Assembly: GCA_003453595.1 (NCBI GenBank)
Contig: DMOG01000026.1
Coordinates: forward strand, 6,567 to 70,566
Origin: Candidatus Uhrbacteria bacterium
Lineage (GTDB): Bacteria; Patescibacteriota; Patescibacteriia; UBA9934
DNA length: 64,000 bases
Reading direction: 5' to 3'
Positions 1 through 8,679 of this stretch are shown in pieces. Under the pieces are notes generated by a model that saw only the letters and a list, made by a program, of their open reading frames with translations, was not told where the DNA came from and did not search any database. Position numbers and translations under genes: made by a program. The number at the start of each line of letters is the position of its first letter. Positions within the stretch are counted from its first letter, which is position 1.

Positions 1-59
1 GATTGAACTGCCGACCTCTTCCTTACCATGGAAGCGCTCTGCCACTGAGCTACAACGGC
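1..59 (-). tRNA. tRNA-Thr(GGT), 3' end cut off by the window edge
   Basis: Reverse complement GCCGTTGTAGCTCAGTGGCAGAGCGCTTCCATGGTAAGGAAGAGGTCGGCAGTTCAATC; anticodon arm CTTCC-ATGGTAA-GGAAG; T-loop GTTCAAT. Confidence 0.93.
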
Positions 60-62
60 ACT

Positions 63-187
63 TGAAAAACGACCCAAGTTCGGCCATCTTCGGCGTCGCT
101 TGCTCCGTTCGGCTTCACCGTACACTCAGGTACGCCTCAGCCATACTCGCTCGCTCCTTGAACCTGACCAAACTTAGTCATTTTTCA
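63..187. repeat. Small element with imperfect terminal inverted repeats (MITE/REP-like) between two tRNA-Thr genes
   Basis: TGAAAAACGACCCAAGTTCGGCCA (63-86) pairs imperfectly with TGACCAAACTTAGTCATTTTTCA (165-187); 20-bp CAAGTTCGGCCATCTTCGGC occurs at 75-94 and 223-242. Confidence 0.55.
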
Positions 188-275
188 TGATACAACATCC
201 ACTCGTTCGCCGATAAGATGTTCAAGTTCGGCCATCTTCGGCTTCGCCTACTTGATAATATATTAAAGAAAAAGA

Positions 276-350
276 TGGAGCCGAAAGTGGGATTCGAACC
301 CACGACCTACGGTTTACAAAACCGTTGCTCTGCCGCTGAGCTATTTCGGC
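276..350 (-). tRNA. tRNA-Thr(TGT)
   Basis: Reverse complement GCCGAAATAGCTCAGCGGCAGAGCAACGGTTTTGTAAACCGTAGGTCGTGGGTTCGAATCCCACTTTCGGCTCCA; full cloverleaf, encoded CCA. Confidence 0.97.
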
Positions 351-455
351 GTATTTATCAAATATAACGCGTCCATATAATATCCAATCTAGGAGATTTT
401 GTAAAGAGCGCTATAGTTTGTAATTGTTAACAAATAGCCTTATACTCACCTCAAT

Positions 456-1481
456 ATGACTTCAAAAACTAGACAAGATACAATCTTATCTTTATTCCCA
501 GATCTGCAGAAGTTTCGACTGGATCAAATTCAAACAGCGCTGTTTGATACATCAATCCATAACTGGGAAAAGGTTTCTACACTTTCAAAAACAGTGCGGC
601 AGACTCTGGATGAAAAAGTACCGTGGACATCTTTGCGTTGTGCTAAGACCATCAAATCAAAGGATTATTCAACTCGCAAAGCGCTTTTGCAAACTGATGA
701 CATGTTGGCCATTGAAAGCGTGTTAATGAAAAACACCCGTGACCAATGGACGATTTGCGTTTCCACTCAGGTTGGTTGTGCTATGGGATGTGCGTTTTGT
801 GCCACTGGCAAACTTGGACTTTCACGAAATCTAAATGTTGACGAGATTGTTGACCAAGTTCGATTTTGGCAAAGTCAAATCAAGGATGACGAGCGTATCA
901 GTAATATCGTAGTCATGGGTATGGGCGAGCCACTGATGAACTATGATAATGTCCGTGACGCCATCAACCTTGTCCTTAAATACACTGACATTGGAAAAAC
1001 GCGCATCACTGTCTCAACAGTGGGTATCGTTCCTCGCATGCAACAAATTCTGACCGATCCTCTTTGGCCACACATCAGACTAGCTGTTTCTTTACACAGT
1101 GTTGACCCAATAACCCGCAAACGCTTAATGCCTTCATCAACACCCACATTCTTGGAAGACTTGGCAACCTGGGCAAAAGAATATTTAGAAACTTTTGGTA
1201 ATCGTCGTCATCATCTAACATTTGAATATCTACTTTTGGAAGGTGTGAATGACTCAGAGGAGGAAGCAAAGAAACTAGCCCGCTATGTGCAAAAAATCGG
1301 AAATGTAAAAGTGAACTTACTAATCTATAACAATACCGGTGATTTTAATGGACCGCGAACAGAGAAAGTTGTTGCCTTTGCAGAAATCCTTCAAAACGCA
1401 AACATCGATGTTACCCGACGCCGTTCCATGGGCCAAGACATCCTCGCTGCCTGCGGACAATTAGCTCAGAAGATCTCATAA
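456..1481 (+). CDS. rlmN: 23S rRNA/tRNA m2A methyltransferase RlmN (radical SAM)
   Basis: STQVGCAMGCAFCATG (CxxxCxxC), MGMGEP, C-terminal DILAACGQL. Confidence 0.95.
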   Translation: MTSKTRQDTILSLFPDLQKFRLDQIQTALFDTSIHNWEKVSTLSKTVRQTLDEKVPWTSLRCAKTIKSKDYSTRKALLQTDDMLAIESVLMKNTRDQWTICVSTQVGCAMGCAFCATGKLGLSRNLNVDEIVDQVRFWQSQIKDDERISNIVVMGMGEPLMNYDNVRDAINLVLKYTDIGKTRITVSTVGIVPRMQQILTDPLWPHIRLAVSLHSVDPITRKRLMPSSTPTFLEDLATWAKEYLETFGNRRHHLTFEYLLLEGVNDSEEEAKKLARYVQKIGNVKVNLLIYNNTGDFNGPRTEKVVAFAEILQNANIDVTRRRSMGQDILAACGQLAQKIS

Positions 1482-1615
1482 CTAGGGTCTGGTTATATAT
1501 ATCGAGACATTTCAAACAATTCCAGTCCGGTATCAAACAGCTAAGCTGAATCAGTCCGGACCAAAACAGCTAAGCTGTTTTGGCTAAGCTATACTCCTGA
1601 ACCTTCAGGTAGTCG

Positions 1616-1658
1616 GACATAAAACCGCTCAATGCATTTGCACGAGCGGTTTTATGTT
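1616..1658. terminator. Bidirectional intrinsic terminator between convergent genes
   Basis: ACATAAAACCGCTC ... GAGCGGTTTTATGT inverted repeat. Confidence 0.6.
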
Positions 1659-1766
1659 TGTCAATCTCAAGGACGCATGCTTTTGTTAATACTTTTTACT
1701 TCGCGATTAACAAAATCTTATTATAAGCAAATTCTTTTTCGTCCATTATAAGATTCAAACAAACCT

Positions 1767-2327
1767 CTACATTATATCTAATATCTTTGAGCCATAAATG
1801 TACTCAATGTTGGTTAATCCAAACTTCGTCACCAGCTGGCCCTCGATTGGGTAAGTATGGCCGTGGAAAAGATATTTTGGTGACTTTTTCTCCACATACT
1901 CACGCAAGCCAATCAATCCGGCGTGAGTTGGATCGTCAGGTTCGTCATTTACTCCATATGGCGGTGCATGGCAGAGCATAATGTCAACATATGGAAAATC
2001 CTTTAAAAGCTCTGACGCCTGTTCTTGTGTATACATCTTGGCTGATGATTCTTTATATTTAACCGATCCTTCAAACCCACCAAAAATAATGCCATTTATC
2101 TCTTTTGTAGCTAGATGCATATTTTCGATCCCCAACTCAGCCATATACATTCCGGAACAGTGATTGCCATATACTCCCAACTTCGGAATATCATTAATGT
2201 CCTCAAGTTCACGAATTTGATGCATTTCTAAATCACCTAAAGTCACAATAACATCAACCGATTGTTTTAATAAAATCTCCTTTATTGACTCAAACGAAGG
2301 CCGATCAGCAATAGCAAGTATTCGCAT
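1767..2327 (-). CDS. Calcineurin-like metallophosphoesterase
   Basis: LAIAD, LGD, GNH, HAPP and HGHT motifs; start moved to MRILAIAD at 2327. Confidence 0.85.
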   Translation of the reverse strand: MRILAIADRPSFESIKEILLKQSVDVIVTLGDLEMHQIRELEDINDIPKLGVYGNHCSGMYMAELGIENMHLATKEINGIIFGGFEGSVKYKESSAKMYTQEQASELLKDFPYVDIMLCHAPPYGVNDEPDDPTHAGLIGLREYVEKKSPKYLFHGHTYPIEGQLVTKFGLTNIEYIYGSKILDIM

Positions 2328-2397
2328 AGAACTTGATTTTATTTTAAAAACTCGAAGTAGTTGCCGGTCATTGATCGGGACAAGGACCTGGGCAAAA

Positions 2398-2670
2398 TTA
2401 TTTTCCATTATTGAGAAATTGTCTCCCGATAAGAAATTGCACTAAACCAATCATTGATAGAACAGCAAAAAGTAAAATAAAGAATATATAGTAGGTGCCA
2501 GTATACCAACAGATTAAGATAATAATCAGGTCTCCAATGCCACAAGCGAGGAATATCCCCAAGCCACTAATCCTAGCATATTTTTTATATTCATTTGGAA
2601 TAGATTTTCCCTGTGCCCGTAATTCTTTTTGCTTACGCGCCTCAATAATCACATTTTCTCGAAATGTCAT
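2398..2670 (-). CDS. Small membrane protein (2 TM)
   Basis: 90-aa ORF with two hydrophobic segments. Confidence 0.6.
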   Translation of the reverse strand: MTFRENVIIEARKQKELRAQGKSIPNEYKKYARISGLGIFLACGIGDLIIILICWYTGTYYIFFILLFAVLSMIGLVQFLIGRQFLNNGK

Positions 2671-2795
2671 ATATTAGTTTTATCTGTAAATTTTAGCACG
2701 AATTAAAGATAAAAGCACAGACCACTCTTATTCGTCCAATCAAAAACCCCACCGATTCTGCACGGTGGGGTTTAAATTTATATGATGAATGTGAG

Positions 2796-2841
2796 AAATC
2801 GCGTCACATTAGTGACGATCGTCACTAATGTGACGCGATTT
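2796..2841. repeat. 46-bp perfect palindrome
   Basis: AAATCGCGTCACATTAGTGACGA|TCGTCACTAATGTGACGCGATTT. Confidence 0.9.
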
Positions 2842-2957
2842 AATTTTGTTTAAGTTGATAAACATGGATAGTTATTAGTACGCAAACGAAATACCGCCCA
2901 CTAAATCGAAGACAACGGGGCGGTCTTCGACGGGGCGGCTAGTTTTTTAGACGGATG

Positions 2958-3188
2958 TTAGCTTCCGTCTCTGATGGTGTAAGTGTAGGAGATGCTTCCC
3001 ACCGTCACTACATATTCATCCATCATCCCACCAAACATGACTGACCCGTCATCGGTGAGAAGTGGCATGTTCATGCCTTGAAATTGGTTTATTGTCCTAC
3101 CATTCTTGCGCCAGGTTAACGAGATCGGTGCTTCCACAGCCGACTCCTGACCTAGACCATTGATATATTTTGACAGCACCATTGGCAT
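2958..3188 (-). CDS. Hypothetical protein or gene remnant
   Basis: 76-aa ORF followed by a hairpin at about 2895-2940; no recognisable motif. Confidence 0.35.
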   Translation of the reverse strand: MPMVLSKYINGLGQESAVEAPISLTWRKNGRTINQFQGMNMPLLTDDGSVMFGGMMDEYVVTVGSISYTYTIRDGS

Positions 3189-3260
3189 TTATTTATATAT
3201 TTATAGGAAATTATTGCAAATATAAGGAATTTATAGTATTATTTGCCTGCACAAAAAAAT

Positions 3261-3334
3261 AGGGGTGTAGTGAAATGGTATCACGAAGGTCTCCAAAACC
3301 TTTATTCTGGGTTCGAGCCCCAGCGCCCCTGCCA
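3261..3334 (+). tRNA. tRNA-Trp(CCA)
   Basis: AGGGGTGTAGTGAAATGGTATCACGAAGGTCTCCAAAACCTTTATTCTGGGTTCGAGCCCCAGCGCCCCTGCCA; anticodon arm AAGGT-CTCCAAA-ACCTT. Confidence 0.96.
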
Positions 3335-3477
3335 CGTCGTTCGCGAACGACGTGGCCTGCCACTCAGATTTTATGCGGGCATTTAGTCTGCAGTTGAGAA
3401 TAGTGTAGGTCACGGTTCGTAACAATGTGATAGCAAAAGAGCGCCGAAAGGTGTTCTTTTGCTATAATGGAATTATT

Positions 3478-3738
3478 ATGTGGTATTTCTATATCCTACA
3501 AAGTCAGAAGGATTTAAATTATTTCTACAAAGGATCTACCGGCGATTTGCGAGCAAGATTCACACAACACAATGATGGCGAAGTTGAATCCACGAAACCG
3601 AGATGTCCTTGGCGGCTGGTTTACTATGAAGCTTATATCTCAGAAAAATCTGCAAGGTTGCGAGAAAAATCTGTAAAACAAAGTGGGTCAATCTCAATTC
3701 CGTTATTGAAGAGAGTAAAAGAAAGTTTGAATAATTAG
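3478..3738 (+). CDS. Stand-alone GIY-YIG nuclease (UPF0213-like)
   Basis: YFYILQS..YKGST.DL..R..QHN.G...STK...PWRLVYYEAY...A..RE; ATG at 3478. Confidence 0.88.
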   Translation: MWYFYILQSQKDLNYFYKGSTGDLRARFTQHNDGEVESTKPRCPWRLVYYEAYISEKSARLREKSVKQSGSISIPLLKRVKESLNN

Positions 3739-3800
3739 TGTTTACTGGGTCTTTTTCGTTGGTGGCTCGTAGACTGTGAACTTTATAGTATACTGAATAT

Positions 3801-4067
3801 ATGAAAAACTACTTATTGACTTTGTTTATAATGATACTAATGGGAGCTGGGTGTGCCGTAGTTGACGAAGATTTCCCAATAGTTAATAAGGAGGCCGAAC
3901 CTTTTGAAGATATTTATTATATCTGCACGAGTACGGAAACAGAGAATAGAATTTATGAAACTGTATTTTGCGGTGATGATTCTTGCTGGCTTTCCTTTTA
4001 TGATCAAAACGGAAACCTTATAGAAAAGACGCCTGAACTTGGACCCGGTGCTAGCAATATGAATTAA
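3801..4067 (+). CDS. Lipoprotein-like secreted protein (LMGAGC signal), possibly truncated
   Basis: MKNYLLTLFIMILMGAGC; 22 further open codons follow the TAA. Confidence 0.6.
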   Translation: MKNYLLTLFIMILMGAGCAVVDEDFPIVNKEAEPFEDIYYICTSTETENRIYETVFCGDDSCWLSFYDQNGNLIEKTPELGPGASNMN

Positions 4068-4246
4068 CCAGAAACTAAAGTTGAAGACTGTCAAAGAACT
4101 ACCGAGAATTATTTTATGAGTAAGATTGAAGAATAATAGTTCGCACCTCGCTCATGAGCCCCTGCCATGTAGAACGCTTCCTAGACGGGGAGCGTTTTGC
4201 TATTGAAGAAAACAGTAATTTTTGCGTAATACTAATAAAAAGCAAG

Positions 4247-4294
4247 ACGCACCCGAGGACGGCGACGAGTACGTCTGCCGTCACGCGGGTGCGT
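4247..4294 (-). terminator. GC-rich hairpin 3' of the DUF3228-like gene
   Basis: ACGCACCCG ... CGGGTGCGT stem; T-rich sequence follows on the minus strand. Confidence 0.55.
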
Positions 4295-4312
4295 GAGCGA
4301 GTGTGCCAGACC

Positions 4313-4906
4313 CTATCGGATCATGGCGTGGTTGTTCCAGAACTCCACCGAGGCGAGGTAGGCCTCGCGGTTGAGGGCGACGCCGCTGCCGCCCTCCTCC
4401 TTACCCAGTGCGTTGCGCATCATGGTGATGGGGGGCATGGGGTCCTCGGCGGGGTTGAGGCCGGCGTTGATGGAGACGATGCCCCACTCGGCGTCGGGTA
4501 CATCGCGCTCCATGTTCGGCGTCTGGTCGGCTTCCTCCTCCAGTGCCTCGCGGTTGTAGAGGATGATGTCGAGCCACTCCGCCTGCGGCGCCTTCAACCC
4601 CTCGAACCAGCGGGTCAGCACCGGCAGCTCACCCTCGCGCCGCGCCTCGTAGCCGGAGCGCAGCAGGTGTGCGTTGTCGGGGGTGATGGCCGCGATGGGG
4701 GCCGTGGTGGTTGTGGTGTTGCGGACGAAGAGGTGCTTGCAAAACGGCGCGTAGCCGTCCACCAGCATCTCGCCCGCCTCGAGCGCCGCATTGGCGATCT
4801 CGACGAGCTCCTCGGCGGTCATCCCAACGATGCGGGTGCCAGCGAAGTTCTTGTTGGCAAAGTGGCGGCCGAGGGCGAACTTGGTCATTCCGATGGTGTT
4901 GCGCAT
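4313..4906 (-). CDS. DUF3228-family protein with high-GC codon usage
   Basis: DGYAPFCKHLFV, YEARREGELPVLTRWF, LDIILY and PMPPITMMRNALGKEEGGSG match DUF3228 as recalled; GGAGG SD 4 nt before ATG at 4906. Confidence 0.82.
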   Translation of the reverse strand: MRNTIGMTKFALGRHFANKNFAGTRIVGMTAEELVEIANAALEAGEMLVDGYAPFCKHLFVRNTTTTTAPIAAITPDNAHLLRSGYEARREGELPVLTRWFEGLKAPQAEWLDIILYNREALEEEADQTPNMERDVPDAEWGIVSINAGLNPAEDPMPPITMMRNALGKEEGGSGVALNREAYLASVEFWNNHAMIR

Positions 4907-5180
4907 GGTGCCTCCATGAAGTTGGCCCGGATGCCTCCGGACGTGTCGACTTCGACACGATTCGGTTAGACGTTTGATACAATCTCGCGTCGCCTGCTTT
5001 ATAGGTTGGCACCTACAAATCAGGAAAAACGAGAAAAGCCAGTAACTGGATTCGTTCAAATAAAGAGAATAAGCGCAAATACCGGCGTTCTGTGGTTACC
5101 GTTACCCTTTGTGTGCTTGGATACCATAAATCTCAAGCATTAGGACAGCCCTGCTTGCAGGGTGTTTTTTTAATTATTTT

Positions 5181-6335
5181 TTACCATCGACCAGGACCGT
5201 TTGGATCATAGCCGTAGGCAACTTCTAACCCGTCGTTGTATCCGTCGTTGTCAGAGTCAGTGTCGAAACGATTTGTCCAGTGAATAGTCATCTCATTGTA
5301 ATCACTTAGACCATCACCATCAGAATCAAGTTTACCTTTTCCGTTTGGATTGTAACCATTAATCACTTCTGTTCCATCTTTATAACCATCGCCGTCAGTG
5401 TCAGCACTGAAGATATCAGTCTTCCAAATATTTGTCTCATCTTGGTTTGTTAAACCATCGCCGTCAGTGTCTAGGCTTGACTCAATACTATCAATACTAG
5501 ACATAACAAAATCTTCTGTCTGACGACTATCATAATTTTCAAATGACAATGCACTTTCTGGTACACGAATATTTGTTACTTTGTTAATACTATTTAACAA
5601 AACTGAGAAGCCGAACTTTGTATAAGCCACGCCCACAGGGTCACTGACAACATCCAAAGTAAACATTACTGGCATCATCTCCACTGTATCAATCCAGAAG
5701 TTACCACTAATCTTTAAGTTTTGCTCCTGCAGTGATTTCAGCTTAATAGCGTCGGTGTTAGAAATCTGTCTTTGCTCAATCAGATAATCGGCCAGCTTTT
5801 CACAATTGATTTCGTAATAATAACGAACAGCAAGTTTACCGCTAATATAATCAACTGTTTCCGCATGATATTCAATCACCCCATTTTTTAGCATTTCAGT
5901 AATTAATGTTTTTATTTGGTCCAAATCATTTTCTTCGTTTTCTGAAAATAATGAGATCTGGCCATCATTCATTTTAATAAAAAACCAATCATCTCCTGCT
6001 TGTGAGAAATATATTTTGTCGTGAGTTACAATCATTGATCCGTAAAAATCTTTGAATTGACTATCATAATCAGTCACTTGAAGGGCAAAATCAAAGGAAC
6101 CGTTTCCTTGTTCATCAATCACACCATCAAAGTCAGTATGGAGACTAAATGGATTATCCATTTTCTCGCTGTTTGTCTCAAAGTAAAAATCAGTATTAAA
6201 ATCTACTGACTTAATTTCAGATATATTATCAACTACCTCAGATGTAGGATCAGCTAGGAGCGTTGAGGCAAGCACTGAATTAAAAGGCATAATAATCAGC
6301 GCTATTAATGGCAAAATGAGTATTTTTCTAATCAT
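5181..6335 (-). CDS. Secreted protein with C-terminal Ca-binding DxDxDG (bacterial TSP3-like) repeats
   Basis: Signal peptide; DTDGDGL, DTDGDGY, DSDGDGL and DSDNDGY repeats. Confidence 0.8.
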   Translation of the reverse strand: MIRKILILPLIALIIMPFNSVLASTLLADPTSEVVDNISEIKSVDFNTDFYFETNSEKMDNPFSLHTDFDGVIDEQGNGSFDFALQVTDYDSQFKDFYGSMIVTHDKIYFSQAGDDWFFIKMNDGQISLFSENEENDLDQIKTLITEMLKNGVIEYHAETVDYISGKLAVRYYYEINCEKLADYLIEQRQISNTDAIKLKSLQEQNLKISGNFWIDTVEMMPVMFTLDVVSDPVGVAYTKFGFSVLLNSINKVTNIRVPESALSFENYDSRQTEDFVMSSIDSIESSLDTDGDGLTNQDETNIWKTDIFSADTDGDGYKDGTEVINGYNPNGKGKLDSDGDGLSDYNEMTIHWTNRFDTDSDNDGYNDGLEVAYGYDPNGPGRW

Positions 6336-6358
6336 AGAGATTTATTAATTAACGCGAA

Positions 6359-6459
6359 ATAATAGCACAAAAACGCGGTTTTGTCAATCACAAAACCTAA
6401 TCTTTACTATAAATAATGTACTATAAATAATTGACAAAAAGCCTTATTTAGACTACACT
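6359..6459. promoter_or_regulatory. Divergent sigma70 promoters
   Basis: Minus strand: TTGACA(6387-6382)-17-TATTAT with TG extension; plus strand: TTGACA(6431)-17-TACACT(6454). Confidence 0.75.
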
Positions 6460-6552
6460 TCTCGAGTTGTACTAAGGGATAGCCATGCGTTCCCCGACTA
6501 TTTTAAAAACTTAAGCCTGTACATCGAGTTATCACAACAGTGGAAGCCTCAT

Positions 6553-6592
6553 AGCAACCACCCCCCACCCCTCCTTAGAAAAGGAGGGGAGT
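6553..6592 (+). repeat. Family-A palindromic repeat (CAACCACCCC..CCCCTCCTT-N4-5-AAGGAGGGG)
   Basis: GCAACCACCCCCCACCCCTCCTTAGAAAAGGAGGGG, in the helicase 5' leader. Confidence 0.85.
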
Positions 6593-6657
6593 CGAGATGT
6601 GATGCCACAGGGGTTTGAGTAATATACGGCACATGCTTGCCGTTCAAACCCTATTTT

Positions 6658-8073
6658 ATGAAACAGGACTCACAAAAGAGCTCTTCGCTCTTTGCAAATC
6701 TTGGATTGTCTTCTGACTTTGTCCAAGTGTTAGATCGTCTTAACTTTAAGACCCCAACCCCTATTCAAGAAAAATCAATTCCAGAAACTTTGCAAGGCAA
6801 AGATGTAATTGGTATTGCCCAAACTGGAACAGGAAAAACTCTGGCCTTTTGTTTGCCGATGCTAGAAAAAATTAGAAAAGAAGGCGGATCAGGACTAATC
6901 GTTGTGCCGACCCGCGAACTTGCTGCTCAGGTTAGTGAAGAGATTGAAAAAGTTGGCGGACGCCTTGGTTTTAAAACCACTTTACTTGTTGGTGGTGCTG
7001 ACATTGGTCAACAAATTCGTTCACTTAGACGCGGGCCTCATGTCATTGTGGCCACTCCGGGTCGACTTAACGACCATCTTGAAAGACGCACAGCCGATCT
7101 TTCTCATGTCCACACACTAGTGCTTGACGAAGCTGATAGAATGTTAGACATGGGATTTGCGCCACAGATCAATCAAATTCTTCAGTCTGTACCAAACGAT
7201 CGTCAAACTTTGCTTTTTTCCGCAACCATTCCAGAAGGAGTTGCAAAAATCGCCCAAGGATACATGAATAATCCAATCACCATTAAAGTTGTCCCGACTG
7301 GAACTGACGCGAAAAGCATAAAACAAGGAATGTATTATGTTGATGCTTCCAGCAAATTCCCTCTTTTACAAGAACTTTTGGAAAGATACGAAAACGGACC
7401 AGTACTTGTTTTCTGCCGCACAAAACATGCTACTAAAAAAATGGCTCGTATTCTAAACACTCAAGGACATGTTACCGAAGAGCTTCATTCCAATCGAACA
7501 CTTAGCCAACGCCGTCGCGCTTTACAAAACTTCAAATCTGGAAAAAGTCGAATCTTGGTTGCTACCGATGTGGCTGCCCGAGGAATTGATGTAAAGGAAA
7601 TTGAGCTAGTCGTTAACTATGACATTCCTGACCAAAACGAAGATTACATTCACAGAATCGGCCGAACAGGACGAGCAGGACACACAGGATGCGCTTTGTC
7701 TTTTGTTTCACCAGATCAATATCGCGACATGAAAGCAATTGAGCGCCTTGTCGGTATCTCAATCCCGGTTTTGGAAGCGTCATGCACTCTAACTGCCAAG
7801 GACATGGAACGATACGCCTATAGCGGATCAAAACCATCGAGCCATGGACAAGGCGGACGAGGAGGACGCAATCAATCTCGAGGTCGAAGATCAAGCTCTC
7901 AACAAAGATCAACCGATCGTACGCCTGCATACCAAACAGTTAGAGCAGGAGAAAGTCAAAATGAAAATCGAGCTGGAAGACCAAAACGCCGTTCTGGTAA
8001 ATCTGGCGCATATCAACCAGAATTTGCCCGCGGTCGCCGACCAGGCTCTGCCCGGCAATCAAAAAAAGGATAA
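6658..8073 (+). CDS. DEAD-box RNA helicase with basic disordered C-terminal tail
   Basis: AQTGTGKT, PTRELA, DEAD, SAT, ARGID, HRIGRTGRAG. Confidence 0.95.
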   Translation: MKQDSQKSSSLFANLGLSSDFVQVLDRLNFKTPTPIQEKSIPETLQGKDVIGIAQTGTGKTLAFCLPMLEKIRKEGGSGLIVVPTRELAAQVSEEIEKVGGRLGFKTTLLVGGADIGQQIRSLRRGPHVIVATPGRLNDHLERRTADLSHVHTLVLDEADRMLDMGFAPQINQILQSVPNDRQTLLFSATIPEGVAKIAQGYMNNPITIKVVPTGTDAKSIKQGMYYVDASSKFPLLQELLERYENGPVLVFCRTKHATKKMARILNTQGHVTEELHSNRTLSQRRRALQNFKSGKSRILVATDVAARGIDVKEIELVVNYDIPDQNEDYIHRIGRTGRAGHTGCALSFVSPDQYRDMKAIERLVGISIPVLEASCTLTAKDMERYAYSGSKPSSHGQGGRGGRNQSRGRRSSSQQRSTDRTPAYQTVRAGESQNENRAGRPKRRSGKSGAYQPEFARGRRPGSARQSKKG

Positions 8074-8173
8074 ACAAAAAAACCACTGACTTTAATAAGT
8101 TGGTGGTTTTTAACTAAATCAGGCACTAATCCCAGCTTTCTGATATACTAAAACTAAGCGAAATAACAAATCT

Positions 8174-8623
8174 ATGAAAAAAAATATTCTTCTTGTCTTT
8201 GCCTTGATTATTATCATTATCGCCTGCGGTTTGATATATACTCAGGAATCTACTTCTGATCTAACTGATGAAAATAATTATGAGCAATCATATACCAACA
8301 CAACAGCAGACGAAATTATTGTGGATTTTGAGCCAGGATCCACAATCACTTCCCCGTTGACAATTACCGGACAAGCCCGTGGAACTTGGTTTTTTGAAGC
8401 AACCGCACCATTTGTTTTAGTTGATTGGGATGGTTTAATAATCGCCCAAGGCTACATTCAAACTCAGGGCGACTGGATGACAGAGGAATTTGTTCCGTTT
8501 ATTGGCACTCTGGAATTCGTCAAACCAAGCTATGGCAACACTGGCGCATTGATCTTGCAAGCATCAAATCCATCTGACTTGCCCGAATATGATCGTGCAG
8601 TGGAAATTCCAGTAAAATTCTAA
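8174..8623 (+). CDS. Gmad2 immunoglobulin-like domain protein
   Basis: N-terminal TM; ITSPLTITGQARGTWFFEA...WMTEEFVPF...NPSDLPE. Confidence 0.8.
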   Translation: MKKNILLVFALIIIIIACGLIYTQESTSDLTDENNYEQSYTNTTADEIIVDFEPGSTITSPLTITGQARGTWFFEATAPFVLVDWDGLIIAQGYIQTQGDWMTEEFVPFIGTLEFVKPSYGNTGALILQASNPSDLPEYDRAVEIPVKF

Positions 8624-8679
8624 TGTCAATTTACAAAAAGAGTCTGCAACAGACTCTTTTGTGTTAAAATATAAAAACT

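Noticed and set aside
4154-5012. Long antisense or alternative-frame ORFs over the GC-rich genes (4154-4969, 19646-20599, 20814-21460, 30146-30567, 31027-31536 and others)
   Set aside because: Expected shadow ORFs of high-GC3 coding sequence; no SD or motifs. The real frame is identified by its SD, codon bias and lipobox or family motifs
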